A stretch of DNA of 64,000 nucleotides, taken from positions 22,298 to 86,297 of the forward strand of contig JAKLJW010000012.1 of NCBI GenBank assembly GCA_023150935.1, given 5' to 3'. Below, one piece after another: positions 26,901 through 36,816 of the stretch. The first letter of the stretch is position 1. Each line of letters begins with the position of its first letter. Position numbers and translations under genes: made by a program. Under the pieces are notes generated by a model. The model was not told the origin of the DNA. It worked only from the letters and a program-made list of their open reading frames with translations, and did no database searches. Source of the stretch: Candidatus Binatia bacterium. Its GTDB lineage: Bacteria; Desulfobacterota; Binatia; HRBIN30.

Positions 26901-28235
26901 TCAGGCGGAGACGATTCGGTCACGGTCGGTCGCGATGTGGCGCGTCGCGTTGCGGGTGTCGACGACCAGTCGGCCGTGACGTACGACCGCCTCGTAGTCG
27001 ACCGTCGAATGGTCGGTGACGATGACGACGGCGTCGGCGCGGTGCAGCTCCTCCGGCGTCAGGGGCACGGAGGCGAGACCGAAGTCGTACCGGCGCCCGC
27101 GGCGCAGTTTCGGAACGTACGGGTCGTGATAGACCACCTCGGCGTGCTTGCGCTGCAGGAGCTCCATCAGCTTGTACGCTGGCGACTCGCGGTCGTCGTC
27201 AATGTCGCGCTTGTAAGCGACGCCGAGGATCAGGACGCGCGAGCCCTTGAGGCTGCGGCCGCGCTCGTTGAGGGCGTCCATGAGCCTGGTGACGACGTAG
27301 TCCGGCATCGCCTGATTCACCTCGCCGGCCAGCTCGATGAACCGCGTCGCCAGCTCGTACTGCCGGGCCTTCCAGGTCAGGTAGAACGGATCGATCGGGA
27401 TGCAGTGTCCGCCGAGGCCCGGGCCCGGGTAGAACGGCGTGAAGCCGAACGGCTTGGTCGCCGCCGCCTCGATCACCTCCCAGACGTTGATCCCCATGCG
27501 GTCGAACAACACTTTCAGCTCGTTCACGAGAGCGATGTTGACGCTGCGGTAGATGTTTTCCAGCAGCTTGCTCGATTCGGCGACGCGCGCGTGCGACACG
27601 GGGACCACCCGGGCGATCACGGCGCCGTACAGCGCCGCGGCCACGCGGCCGCACTCCGGGGTGATGCCGCCCACTACCTTTGGGATGGTCCTGGTCGAGA
27701 AGTGCGCGTTGTTCGGATCTTCCCGTTCCGGCGAGAAGGCGAGATGGAAGTCCTGCCCGACGCGCAAGCCACCGCGTTCGAGGATCGGCTGCACAACCTC
27801 GTCGGTCGTGCCGGGGTACGTGGTGCTCTCCAGCACGATGAGCTGGCCGCGCCGCAGGTGCGGGGCGATCGCCTCCGCGGTGCCGACCACGTAGGAGAGG
27901 TCGGGTTCGCGATTATCCGTCAGTGGCGTCGGAACACAGATCAGCACGGCGTCGCACTGTGCCAGCAGGGCGTAGTCAGTGGTCGGGAAGAAGCCGCCCT
28001 CGCCGGCTGCCGGCGGGTGGTGCCGCAGCAGCGGTGTCAGCCGACTCGCCGGCAGGTGGCGGATGTAGGATTCGCCGGCGTGGAGGGCGTCCACCTTGGC
28101 GTTGTCGTTGTCGAAGCCGATAGTACCGAAACCGGTTTCGGCGAACGTTGCTACCAGCGGCAGGCCGACGTAGCCGAGACCGATGACGCCGACGACGGCG
28201 CGGTGCTGGTCGAATTTCGCGATGAGGTTGGTCAT
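26901..28235 (-). CDS. UDP-N-acetyl-D-mannosamine/UDP-GlcNAc 6-dehydrogenase (WecC/Cap5O/WbpA family nucleotide-sugar dehydrogenase)
   Basis: VIGLGYVGLPLVATFAE Rossmann N-terminus. Catalytic GGHCIPIDPFYL Cys motif. Length 444 aa. Confidence 0.85.
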   Translation of the reverse strand: MTNLIAKFDQHRAVVGVIGLGYVGLPLVATFAETGFGTIGFDNDNAKVDALHAGESYIRHLPASRLTPLLRHHPPAAGEGGFFPTTDYALLAQCDAVLICVPTPLTDNREPDLSYVVGTAEAIAPHLRRGQLIVLESTTYPGTTDEVVQPILERGGLRVGQDFHLAFSPEREDPNNAHFSTRTIPKVVGGITPECGRVAAALYGAVIARVVPVSHARVAESSKLLENIYRSVNIALVNELKVLFDRMGINVWEVIEAAATKPFGFTPFYPGPGLGGHCIPIDPFYLTWKARQYELATRFIELAGEVNQAMPDYVVTRLMDALNERGRSLKGSRVLILGVAYKRDIDDDRESPAYKLMELLQRKHAEVVYHDPYVPKLRRGRRYDFGLASVPLTPEELHRADAVVIVTDHSTVDYEAVVRHGRLVVDTRNATRHIATDRDRIVSA

Positions 28236-28428
28236 GGCGGTTTGGGTGCTCCTCTTAGCCTCGAACGAAAAATGGTCCGGTCGAGAATCGAGAGTCTACG
28301 GTCGACAGATGGCAGTGAAGTTAGTCCTCAGGGGGTCCAACGCCGAAGGCGTTCGGACCGTTCCTTCGTTTCAACAGGCACGCTCGGAGGTTCGGTTGGT
28401 GCGAGCGGGGTTCCGTCCCGACCGATCT

Positions 28429-29634
28429 TCACCGATGCAGTAGCCGCGCGTACGTGTCGACGTGCACCAGCACGATCGTCTTCCATTGCCGCTCGCGGCA
28501 GATGCGTTCTCGGGCGTCGGCGCCCATCCGCTCCCGCAATGCCGGATCCTGCATCACGCGCCGCAGCGCGGTGGCGAGCGCATGCGGATCGTCGGGCGGC
28601 ACCAGCAGACCCGTGACGCCGTCGCGGATCAGCTCGCGCATCCCGCCGACGTCGCTGGCGATGACGGTCCGGCCGGAGGCCATCGCTTCGAGGGGCTTGA
28701 GCGGTGTTACCAACTCCGTCAGCCGCATCGCTTTGCGTGGGTAGGCGAGTACATCGTAGACGGAGTAGCACCTTGGCACCTCGTGATGCGGGATCGGTCC
28801 GGCAAAGACCGTTCGCTGGTGGACGCCCAGTGCCTCGGCCTGCGCCCGCAGGGCGTCCGCGACTTCGCCGCCGCCGATCAACAGAAGACGCCCGGCGGGG
28901 ATGTCGCGAGCCACCGCCGCCCAGGCGGTGAGGAGGTCGTCAAGACCCTCGTAGCGGTAGAATGATCCGATGAAACCCACCACGGTCTTGCCGGCGAGGT
29001 CCCAGCGCTGGAGCAGATCGGGATCCTTCGGCAGCGGGTGGAACAGGTCCGTGTCGACGCCGTTCGGAATGAGATACAGGCGCTCGGCAGGGAGGCCGCG
29101 GCCCCGAATTTCGTCGCGCAAGCCGGTGCATATAGCCCCGACGGCGTCGGCCCGGCGCATCGCCGCCGTCTCGACGGCCCGGATGGTGCGGTACCGCAGC
29201 GATCCCTCGGTGTGCGTGCCGTGGTCGACGCCCGCGTCCTCCCAGAAGGCCCGGACCTCGTACACCACCGGCAGGCGCATGCGGCGCCCGACCCATAACG
29301 CCGGCCAGGCGGTGAGAACCGGGGAATGCGCGTGCAGGACCTCGGCACGGTGGCGCCGGGCGACCTCGGCGACCCGGGCGGCGAGGCGCCGCATGAGTCC
29401 CAGCTCGGCCATGCCGGGCAGGCTGTGCCTCGTCGCCGCGGTCCCGACTGGCGTGCGATAATACGTGATGCCGTCGATTGTCTCTTCCGCCGGTCCCGGC
29501 CCATGCTTGGGCGTCGTCACCGCCACCGGGTCGAGGCCGAGCTCACGCTGCGCCCGCAGGATGTGGTGGCTACGGCTGCTGTAGCCGCTTAGCACCGGCA
29601 GTGAGTGGTCGAGGACGTGGAGGACGCGGGTCAT
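28429..29634 (-). CDS. Glycosyltransferase family 4
   Basis: MTRVLHVLDHSLPVLSGYSSRSHHIL...EAMASGRTVIASDVGG. Confidence 0.8.
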   Translation of the reverse strand: MTRVLHVLDHSLPVLSGYSSRSHHILRAQRELGLDPVAVTTPKHGPGPAEETIDGITYYRTPVGTAATRHSLPGMAELGLMRRLAARVAEVARRHRAEVLHAHSPVLTAWPALWVGRRMRLPVVYEVRAFWEDAGVDHGTHTEGSLRYRTIRAVETAAMRRADAVGAICTGLRDEIRGRGLPAERLYLIPNGVDTDLFHPLPKDPDLLQRWDLAGKTVVGFIGSFYRYEGLDDLLTAWAAVARDIPAGRLLLIGGGEVADALRAQAEALGVHQRTVFAGPIPHHEVPRCYSVYDVLAYPRKAMRLTELVTPLKPLEAMASGRTVIASDVGGMRELIRDGVTGLLVPPDDPHALATALRRVMQDPALRERMGADARERICRERQWKTIVLVHVDTYARLLHR

Positions 29635-29846
29635 CGTTCTTGTGCGCGCGATACGACGATGGCGTCACGGAGTCGAATCACCCGTCACGGGCTGAATGCC
29701 GGCATGACGTGGCGGACGCCTGCCGTGGCTGGCACGCCATCGTCACCCCGGCGAACGCGGGGGGCCAGACGTCAGCGTACTCCCATTCCATCCGACGCCG
29801 GATGCCGGCTTGCGCGGGCATGACGACGATCCAGCCATCAGGGGCG

Positions 29847-31034
29847 TTATTGCACCTGCTGCAGCGCCCGCCGGTACTCGTCGACCACGTCCCTTGCCAC
29901 CGCGTGCCAGTCGCGGGCGGCTGCGCGGGCGGCAATGGCGGCGCGGTCCCACGGCCGAGCCAGTGCCGCCTCGGTCGCGGTGACGAAAGCCGCCCCGTCC
30001 CAGTACGGCACGAGCGCGCCGTCGACGCCCGGCTCGACGAACTCGGCATTGCCGCCGACATGGGTGGTGACCACGGGTAGGCCGCAGGCGAGTGCTTCCA
30101 TCAGCGCGTTGCACCACCCCTCCCAGCTCGTCGCCAGGCAGAAGAGGTCGGCGGCACTCATCCACTGCGCGATTTCGCCATGGACTTGCGGCGGAACGAG
30201 GCGAACTTGCTCGGCGAGCCGATGCCGCTGCACCAGTGCCTCGACCAGCGCTCGGATGGGCTTCCCACCCCCGTCACCACCGACGATCACGTACAGCAGG
30301 TCTGGATGGCGGGCGAGCAGATCGGGCAGCACCTCGAGTACGCGGTGCTGGCCTTTGCGCTCGATCAACGCACCGACCGACAGAAGGATACGGCGATCCT
30401 GAGGCAACCCGAGGTGCATACGCGCGGCCGTCCGATCGCGCGGATGGAACGTGCGGGTGTCGATGCCGTTAGGTATGACCCGGACCGGCAATCGGCCGAT
30501 CCCGGCGATTTCCGCGGCGACCTCGCTCAGCGACGCGCTGACCGTAATGATTCGCGCCCGCCGTAGCGCCCACCGCATTTGCAGGCGCCGCAGCGGATAC
30601 CGGCGCAGGCGGGCCTCGTCGCCGCGGACGGTAATCAACAGCGGGCATCCGAAGCTCGCGCTTAACAGGGCACCGGCAACACCGTCCGGATACGCGAAGT
30701 GTGCGTCGATGAGATCGAAACGGAACTTTGGTCGGATGCTCTGCAACAACGATCTGATGCAGAGCGCGTACAGCAGTGCATCGGCGGCTTTCGCTACGGC
30801 AGGGACCGACAGGAAGCGCGGGTGGTACACCGTCAGCCCGTCGCGTTGTTCGACCCGCGGCGTTCGTGCCACCTCCTCGCCCCGCCAGCGCGCGTTGGCC
30901 GGGAACCAGGGAATGGGCGAGACGACTACCACCTCGCACAAGGCCGCCACGTGCCGGATGCGCTCGTGCACGAACGTGCCGAACGTCGGCCGCGTGCTGC
31001 TGGGATAGACGGAGCTCAGGACGAGCGCGCGCAT
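29847..31034 (-). CDS. Glycosyltransferase family 4
   Basis: Starts at the ATG at 31034 (MRALVLSSVYPSSTRPTFGTFVHERI). ...EALACGLPVVTTHVGG. The upstream 70 aa of ORF 29847..31244 are read-through. Confidence 0.8.
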   Translation of the reverse strand: MRALVLSSVYPSSTRPTFGTFVHERIRHVAALCEVVVVSPIPWFPANARWRGEEVARTPRVEQRDGLTVYHPRFLSVPAVAKAADALLYALCIRSLLQSIRPKFRFDLIDAHFAYPDGVAGALLSASFGCPLLITVRGDEARLRRYPLRRLQMRWALRRARIITVSASLSEVAAEIAGIGRLPVRVIPNGIDTRTFHPRDRTAARMHLGLPQDRRILLSVGALIERKGQHRVLEVLPDLLARHPDLLYVIVGGDGGGKPIRALVEALVQRHRLAEQVRLVPPQVHGEIAQWMSAADLFCLATSWEGWCNALMEALACGLPVVTTHVGGNAEFVEPGVDGALVPYWDGAAFVTATEAALARPWDRAAIAARAAARDWHAVARDVVDEYRRALQQVQ

Positions 31035-31048
31035 GCTTTGCGGGCCCG

Positions 31049-32935
31049 TCACACCTTCCGCGCAAACCGGTCGTGCCACAGGTTGAACACCAGAATGCTC
31101 CACAGCTCTCGCGTCCGATCCTTCAGGCCCGATCGGTGCTCGCGCCACAGCTTCTGCAGCATCGCCGGCTCGAACAGACGGTGGCGTCTGGCGCTGCCGA
31201 GGACGTAGTCTTCCACCAGCGGCGCGAGTTCGCGCCTCAACCACCCACCGATCGGCAGAACGAAACCCATCTTGCCCCGCGACAGGATGGCGTCGGGCAC
31301 AAGGCCGCGGATTGCATCCTTGAATACCAATTTGCCCTGCGTTCCGCGCAGCTTAAGTGCCGACGGCAGGGCGGCTGCGTACTCGACGACGCGGTGGTCG
31401 AGGATCGGGCAGCGCACCTCCAGCGATACAGCCATGCTGGCGCGGTCGACCTTGGCGAGGATGCCGTCGGGCAGGTACGTCTTGAAGTCGATATACTGGA
31501 TGCGCGACAGCGAATCCGGTCCGTCGGCCGCGTGGTACAGGCTCTCGAACAGCGAGGCGGTGCTATAACCTCGGAGATCGGCCTTGACGTCGCCGGCAAG
31601 GATGCCGGCCTTGTCGGCTTCGTTCACGCCGCTCACGGAGTGCAGGTACGCTTCCCAGGGCGTGCGGGCGAGGTTGGTGAGAAAGGTCTTGGCCCGAAAC
31701 AGCTGTGGCAGGTAGTCCGCCTTCGGGTAGAGCGCGCCGAGCGTGCGGAACAACGGCCGGCGCAGCGCTGCCGGCACGAGGCTGCGTATCTGGTTCTCGC
31801 GCACGTCGAAATGGTAGCGCCGGTAGCCCGCGAAGTTCTCGTCGCCGCCGTCGCCCGACAGGGCCACGGTGACGCGTGACCGCGCCAGCTTGGAGACGTA
31901 GTACGTCGGCACGGCCGACGAGTCGGCAAACGGTTCGTCGTAGTGCCAGACCAGCTTCTGGAGCACGTCGACGGCGTCCGGCGTCACGACGTGCTCGTGG
32001 TGCTCGGTGTGAAAATGCTCCGCCACCTGGCGCGCGAACTGCAGCTCGTTGAAGGCGTCTTCGGGGAAGCCGATCGACGACGTCACCGCCGGCGACTCCA
32101 GGGCGCTGGCCATGAAGCCGACGACGGCTGACGAGTCGAGTCCGCCGCTGAGGAAGGCGCCCAGCGGCACGTCGCTGCGCAGGCGCATGTGCACCGACTC
32201 GCGCAGTACCTCGGCGAGTCCCTCGGCCGGTCGCGCCGGTACGGCACGGCCCGCGGCGAAGCTGACGTCCCAGTACCGGCGCTCCTGCACGCCGTCCCTG
32301 TCGGCCACCAGAACGTATCCCGGCGGCAGCTTGCGGACGGTGCGGAAGATGGACTTTGGCGACGGGACGTAGAGCAACGACACGTAATCGCTTAGTGCTT
32401 CGAGGTCGATGGTGCGATCCAGACCCGGATACTCGAGCAACGCCTTGATCTCCGACCCGAAGATCAGCGTGGCGCCGATCTGGGCGTAGTAAAGCGGCTT
32501 CTTGCCGAGGCGGTCGCGGGCGAGGAACAGTCGCTGCCGGCGCCGGTCCCAGAGCGCGAACGCGAACATGCCACGGAAGCGTTCGACGCACTCCTGCCCC
32601 CACTCCTCGTAGCCATGGACGATGCATTCCGTGTCGCAACGCGACTGGAAGCGATGGCCCTTGCCCTCTAGCTCCCGCGTCAGGTCCGGGTAGTTGTAGA
32701 TCTCGCCGTTGAAGACGACCCAGACCGTGCCGTCTTCGTTGCTCACCGGCTGATGCCCGCCGGCGAGGTCGATGATGCTGAGACGGCGGTGCCCGAGCCC
32801 GGCCGGGCCGTCCAGGTAGTAGCCTTCGTCATCCGGGCCACGGTGGGTGAGGGTCCGCGTCATGCGCGTGAGGATGTCCCCACGTTCCGGGTCGGGCGCG
32901 TGGGCGCGGTCGAAGATGCCTGCGATGCCGCACAT
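31049..32935 (-). CDS. Asparagine synthase (glutamine-hydrolysing) paralog; exosortase-A-system-associated amidotransferase type
   Basis: N-terminal MCGIAGIF (Ntn Cys2). PP-loop FLSGGLDSSAVV. The ATG at 32935..32933 is immediately preceded by the 8-bp repeat array. Confidence 0.85.
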   Translation of the reverse strand: MCGIAGIFDRAHAPDPERGDILTRMTRTLTHRGPDDEGYYLDGPAGLGHRRLSIIDLAGGHQPVSNEDGTVWVVFNGEIYNYPDLTRELEGKGHRFQSRCDTECIVHGYEEWGQECVERFRGMFAFALWDRRRQRLFLARDRLGKKPLYYAQIGATLIFGSEIKALLEYPGLDRTIDLEALSDYVSLLYVPSPKSIFRTVRKLPPGYVLVADRDGVQERRYWDVSFAAGRAVPARPAEGLAEVLRESVHMRLRSDVPLGAFLSGGLDSSAVVGFMASALESPAVTSSIGFPEDAFNELQFARQVAEHFHTEHHEHVVTPDAVDVLQKLVWHYDEPFADSSAVPTYYVSKLARSRVTVALSGDGGDENFAGYRRYHFDVRENQIRSLVPAALRRPLFRTLGALYPKADYLPQLFRAKTFLTNLARTPWEAYLHSVSGVNEADKAGILAGDVKADLRGYSTASLFESLYHAADGPDSLSRIQYIDFKTYLPDGILAKVDRASMAVSLEVRCPILDHRVVEYAAALPSALKLRGTQGKLVFKDAIRGLVPDAILSRGKMGFVLPIGGWLRRELAPLVEDYVLGSARRHRLFEPAMLQKLWREHRSGLKDRTRELWSILVFNLWHDRFARKV

Positions 32936-32937
32936 GG

Positions 32938-32969
32938 AGGCTTGAGGGCCTGAGGGCTTGAGGTTCTGT
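32938..32969. repeat. Four tandem 8-bp units (GAGGCTTG AGGGCCTG AGGGCTTG AGGTTCTG) abutting the asnB-like start codon. Same unit as the array at 2192-2288.
   Basis: Direct reading. On the mRNA strand this gives CAGAACCUCAAGCCCUCAGGCCCUCAAGCCUCC-AUG. Confidence 0.85.
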
Positions 32970-33063
32970 TGCAGTCGCCACCCCGGCTTCCGCAAGCATG
33001 ACGACTTCCGCACGCTACGGGTGACCTTAGAACTGGCCGCCACCAAGCACCGACCCGTCGGGG

Positions 33064-34254
33064 TCAGCAGGAACTCAAAACCTCGTCGAGGATCCTCAGG
33101 TGCTGCTCCCAGGCGTAGTGAGTCAGTACCAAATCCAGCGCGGCGCCGGCGAGCGCCGCGCCGCGGCGCGGATCCACGAGGAGATCTGCAGTCGCCTCGG
33201 CGTACTCCGCTGCTGTGCGACATTCGACGACGTGCCGCACCGGCTCTGCCGCGAGTCCCGCGATGGCCAACGGGCTGGCAACGACGGGCACGCGCATGGC
33301 CATGGCCTCGAGTACCTTGTTCTGGACCCCGCGACCCAGTTCGAGCGGGGCAATATACGCTCGCGCCGCGCGGAAGTACGGACGCACGTCGGGCACGGAA
33401 CCGGCCACTTCGAAGGTGCCGTGGCTCGCCTCCGCCACGCGTTGCAGGTCGGCGACCGGCCGATGTCCGACGGCGACGAAGCGGGCGGCTGGTACGCGCT
33501 GCCGAACCAGTGGCAGCACCTCGCGCGCCGTGAACAGGACAGCCTCGACGTTCGGCCGATAATCCAGGGCCCCGGTAAACAGAAACACGGGCTCCGGCGC
33601 CCAGTGCCCGGGCGGGGGCGGGACGAAGTACGTCGTGTCGACGCCGTTCGGGATCACCCGAACGGCTGGTGCGCCGGGACAGAACGAGCGAAACAGCTCC
33701 GCCTCTCCCACCGACACGAACAGCACGTGCGTCACTGCGCGACCGAATCGCGCCTCACATGCCCGCAGCCGTGCCGCTTCGAGTCGGTAAGCCCAGCGTA
33801 GCGGACCGCGCGACTGCGCAGCGTATTGGCGCCACTTCTCGGAATCCACGTCGACGAAATCGGCGATCGTGGCTGCTGCCCCCGTTGCGGCGAGGTACTG
33901 TGCCATAGTCGACGAGTAGGCCCACGCTACATCGACCGGTGCCGTGCGGACCGCTTCGACTACGGCGGCACGCATGGCCCCCGATTCGAAGAATCCTTCC
34001 GACAGGGACCGACCGCGCAGCAACGACCACGCCCCGCGCAGCAGCGAGAGCCGGCGATCGAGCGGCACGAGCCGAACGCTCCCGCAGAACGCCCGCAGCG
34101 CGTCCGCGACCGGGAGATCCTCCGGTCGATCGACGAACGCGACCAGGTGCACGTCGTGTCGCTGCGCAAGGTGACGCAGGTGGTGATAGGCGCGGAGTTT
34201 CTCCCCCTTGTTCGGCGGGTACGGGACACGATGCGCCAGGTAGAGGATGCGCAT
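33064..34254 (-). CDS. GT4 glycosyltransferase of the PEP-CTERM/EpsH1-system-associated type (stp1-like)
   Basis: MRILYLAHRVPYPPNKGEKLRAYHHLRHL N-terminus characteristic of the exosortase-system sugar transferase subfamily. ATGA overlap with the upstream small ORF. Confidence 0.8.
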   Translation of the reverse strand: MRILYLAHRVPYPPNKGEKLRAYHHLRHLAQRHDVHLVAFVDRPEDLPVADALRAFCGSVRLVPLDRRLSLLRGAWSLLRGRSLSEGFFESGAMRAAVVEAVRTAPVDVAWAYSSTMAQYLAATGAAATIADFVDVDSEKWRQYAAQSRGPLRWAYRLEAARLRACEARFGRAVTHVLFVSVGEAELFRSFCPGAPAVRVIPNGVDTTYFVPPPPGHWAPEPVFLFTGALDYRPNVEAVLFTAREVLPLVRQRVPAARFVAVGHRPVADLQRVAEASHGTFEVAGSVPDVRPYFRAARAYIAPLELGRGVQNKVLEAMAMRVPVVASPLAIAGLAAEPVRHVVECRTAAEYAEATADLLVDPRRGAALAGAALDLVLTHYAWEQHLRILDEVLSSC

Positions 34255-34490
34255 CAGCCGCGGTCACCTTCCGGGAGCAACGCCGCCGCCGCGCGACTCG
34301 ACACCGCCCCGCGCAACGCGCCGTACCAGGCGAGACCGACGATCGCGTACAGCGGCACGTGCAAGGCGTTCTGGACCCACGCCGGAAGTTCGATCCGGAC
34401 GGCCGTCTTCAGCGGCGCTGGAGTGGCCGACAGGTGCCAGAGCGCCGCCATCCATCCGAACGGCAGCAGCAGTCGCAGTGCGCGTCTCAC
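34254..34490 (-). CDS. Possible small membrane protein (about 78 aa, GTG start)
   Basis: VRRALRLLLPFGWMAALWHLSATPAPLKTAVRIELPAWVQNALHVPLYAIVGLAWYGAL has two hydrophobic segments. It overlaps the FemAB-like stop by 4 nt and the downstream GT4 start by ATGA. The Arg-rich remainder of ORF 34254..34928 is rejected. Confidence 0.35.
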   Translation of the reverse strand: MRRALRLLLPFGWMAALWHLSATPAPLKTAVRIELPAWVQNALHVPLYAIVGLAWYGALRGAVSSRAAAALLPEGDRG

Positions 34491-35463
34491 GTATACAACG
34501 CCCCGAACCGCCGGATCAGAGGCGGCCCCAGTAGCTTGGTCAGGCCCAACGGCAATCGCGTCCACGCCTTGCGCAGGAACTGCATGCCCTCGCTGCTCAT
34601 GCTGCGTTCGACCGCCGCCTGGCCGGCCGGTACGTACACGCGATACCGCAGCGGCTGTGGGTCGAAGCCCCAATGACACTTGAAGTCGTACGCCCCTGTG
34701 CCCTTCTTGCTGCGGCCGAAGTCGAAGGCCGTACAGCCGCGCTCCCGCGCGTAGCGCATCAACTCCCAGTACAGGAAGTCGTTGACCGCCTGACGGAAGT
34801 ACTCGCGCCGGCTGCCGGCGTAGTAGGGCATCACGGTGTCGTTGAAAAAGAAGCTCAGCACCGCTGCCACCGGCGTGTCGCCGTGCCGGACCGTCAGCAG
34901 CGCGCACTCCTCGGGGAAACGCTCGCACAGGAGCTGGAAGTAGCGCCGCGGGAACACCGGCGTGCCCAACTGGTGTACGCTGCGGGCGTACAGGTCGTGA
35001 AACGCGTCGAGGTCGTCGAACCCGGCGCGCGACGTCAGGCCGCTCTGTTGACCGACCCGCACCATGCGCCGCTGCTTGCGCGGGATGGCTGCCATGTTCT
35101 CCTCGTCGGTCGGCTTGCGCAGCTCGAGGTGCTTCGCCTTGCGCTCGCGATAGAGGTTCAGGGCCGTCGCGTCGAGCGCCCGGCGCGCTTCATCGTCGAC
35201 GGCGCAGATGCCGCCCTCGACGGCGAACGGTACCGACAGCAGCGTCGTGCCGCCGAGGATCGACCGCAGCTCGAACAGCGGCAACGCACCGACCATGGCG
35301 CCGTCCCGCCGTGCGCCGAGGTAGCAGGAACGAAAACCGAAGGCCCGCTCGAGGACATCCTTCCATCCCGTGAGATGAAAGAACGTGCCGCCGGGCGTGC
35401 CGCGGACGAACGCATCCCACTCGCCGGCGGGGATGCGTTCGTATGGGACGATGGTGGTTTGCA
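34487..35463 (-). CDS. FemAB-related (GNAT-fold) protein, PEP-CTERM-system-associated type
   Basis: MQTTIVPYERIPAGEWDAFVRGTPGGTFFHLTGWKDVLERAFGF...FDFGRSKKGTGAYDFKCHWGF, typical FemAB/BioF2-like acyl/aminoacyl transferase features. Confidence 0.75.
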
Positions 35464-35471
35464 TGGAGGGG

Positions 35472-35505
35472 GCTGAAGACTGAAAAGACTGAAGACTACT
35501 GAAGG
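35472..35505. repeat. Tandem roughly 9-bp repeats (CTGAAGACT GAAAAGACT GAAGACTACTGAAGG) directly upstream of the FemAB-like start
   Basis: Direct reading. mRNA sense CCUUCAGUAGUCUUCAGUCUUUUCAGUCUUCAGCCCCCUCC-AUG. Confidence 0.8.
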
Positions 35506-35609
35506 CCGGGGAGGAGTTGAGAGTGGCGCGTAAGCAGCGGACAGTAGCTCCCAACGAGCGGCGAACGACGAAGGCCGGGCGTTCCAAGCTCTGCGGCAGC
35601 CCCCAGCCC

Positions 35610-36752
35610 TTAGCCTCTTTCCACCAGTACGGCTGCGATCCGTTCGGCGGCGTGGCCGTCCCAGAGCGGCGGGGCGTGTGCGGGCGGCATCGGCGCGGCC
35701 AGCGCGGCGCGGGCGCTGGACAGAATTCGTTCCGCATCGTTACCGACCAGGGTGCTGGTGCCGGCGGTCAGGGTCACGGGCCGTTCGGTATTGTCGCGCA
35801 TCGTCAGGCACGGAATCCCGAGACATGTCGTCTCTTCCTGGATCCCTCCGGAATCGGTAAGGACGAGGCGCGCCGCCTCCATGAGGCGGAAGAAGTCCAC
35901 GTAACCGACCGGCGACAGCAGCGTGAGACGGCCGTTGGCTTGCGGGCCCGCGGCCGGATCGAATTCCGCAACGTAACGGTTCAGGCCGAACTCGGCGATA
36001 CGCGCCCGCGTCCGCGGATGGGCCGGGAACACGACGGGCACCTCGCGGGCCACTTGGCCGAGTGCATCGAGTACGCGCGCAAGCGTCTGCGGGGTATCCA
36101 CGTTGCTCGGCCGGTGCAGGGTGACCAGGGCGTATCCTCCGGCCTCGCGTGACGGTAGACGCAGCCGCTCGAGGATCGTGGAGCGCGCCGCCAGGTCACG
36201 GCACCAGTGCAGAGAATCGACCATGACGTTGCCGACGAAGTGGATGTGCTCGGGCGGATGCCCCTCGCGGCGCAAATTGACGTTACCGCTTTCCTCGGTC
36301 GTAAACAGCAGTTCGGAGAGCGCATCGGTCACGATCCGGTTGATCTCTTCCGGCATCGTCCTATCGAAGCTGCGCAGACCCGCCTCGACGTGCGCTACGG
36401 GGATGCAGAGTTTCGCCGCCGTCAGCGCGCAGGCGGCTGTCGAGTTGACGTCGCCGACGACCAGGATGAGGTCGGGACGTTCTTCGAAGAGCACAGGCTC
36501 GAAGCGGCGCATGATCTCGCCGGTCTGGGTTGCGTGCGTTCCCGATCCGACGCCGAGAGTATGGTTTGGCGTGGGGATGCGCAGATCCTGGAAGAACGCC
36601 GCCGACATCTCGTCGTCGTAGTGCTGCTCGGTATGGACGAGGAGTGACATCAGAGGCTTCGAGAGATTTGGACGGATCCTGTCGAGCGCACGCAAGATCG
36701 GTGCGATCTTCACGAAATTGGGGCGGGCCCCGACAACCGAGAGGATCTTCAT
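35610..36752 (-). CDS. wecB: UDP-N-acetylglucosamine 2-epimerase (non-hydrolysing)
   Basis: MKILSVVGARPNFVKIAPILRAL...HVEAGLRSFDRTMPEEINR...DSGGIQEETTCLGIPCLTMRDNTERP. Confidence 0.9.
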   Translation of the reverse strand: MKILSVVGARPNFVKIAPILRALDRIRPNLSKPLMSLLVHTEQHYDDEMSAAFFQDLRIPTPNHTLGVGSGTHATQTGEIMRRFEPVLFEERPDLILVVGDVNSTAACALTAAKLCIPVAHVEAGLRSFDRTMPEEINRIVTDALSELLFTTEESGNVNLRREGHPPEHIHFVGNVMVDSLHWCRDLAARSTILERLRLPSREAGGYALVTLHRPSNVDTPQTLARVLDALGQVAREVPVVFPAHPRTRARIAEFGLNRYVAEFDPAAGPQANGRLTLLSPVGYVDFFRLMEAARLVLTDSGGIQEETTCLGIPCLTMRDNTERPVTLTAGTSTLVGNDAERILSSARAALAAPMPPAHAPPLWDGHAAERIAAVLVERG

Positions 36753-36816
36753 AATCCACGGCGCAGTGGAGTCTGGACCCCGGCGTTCGCCGGGACGACG
36801 GTGCTTGCCGCGTCCT

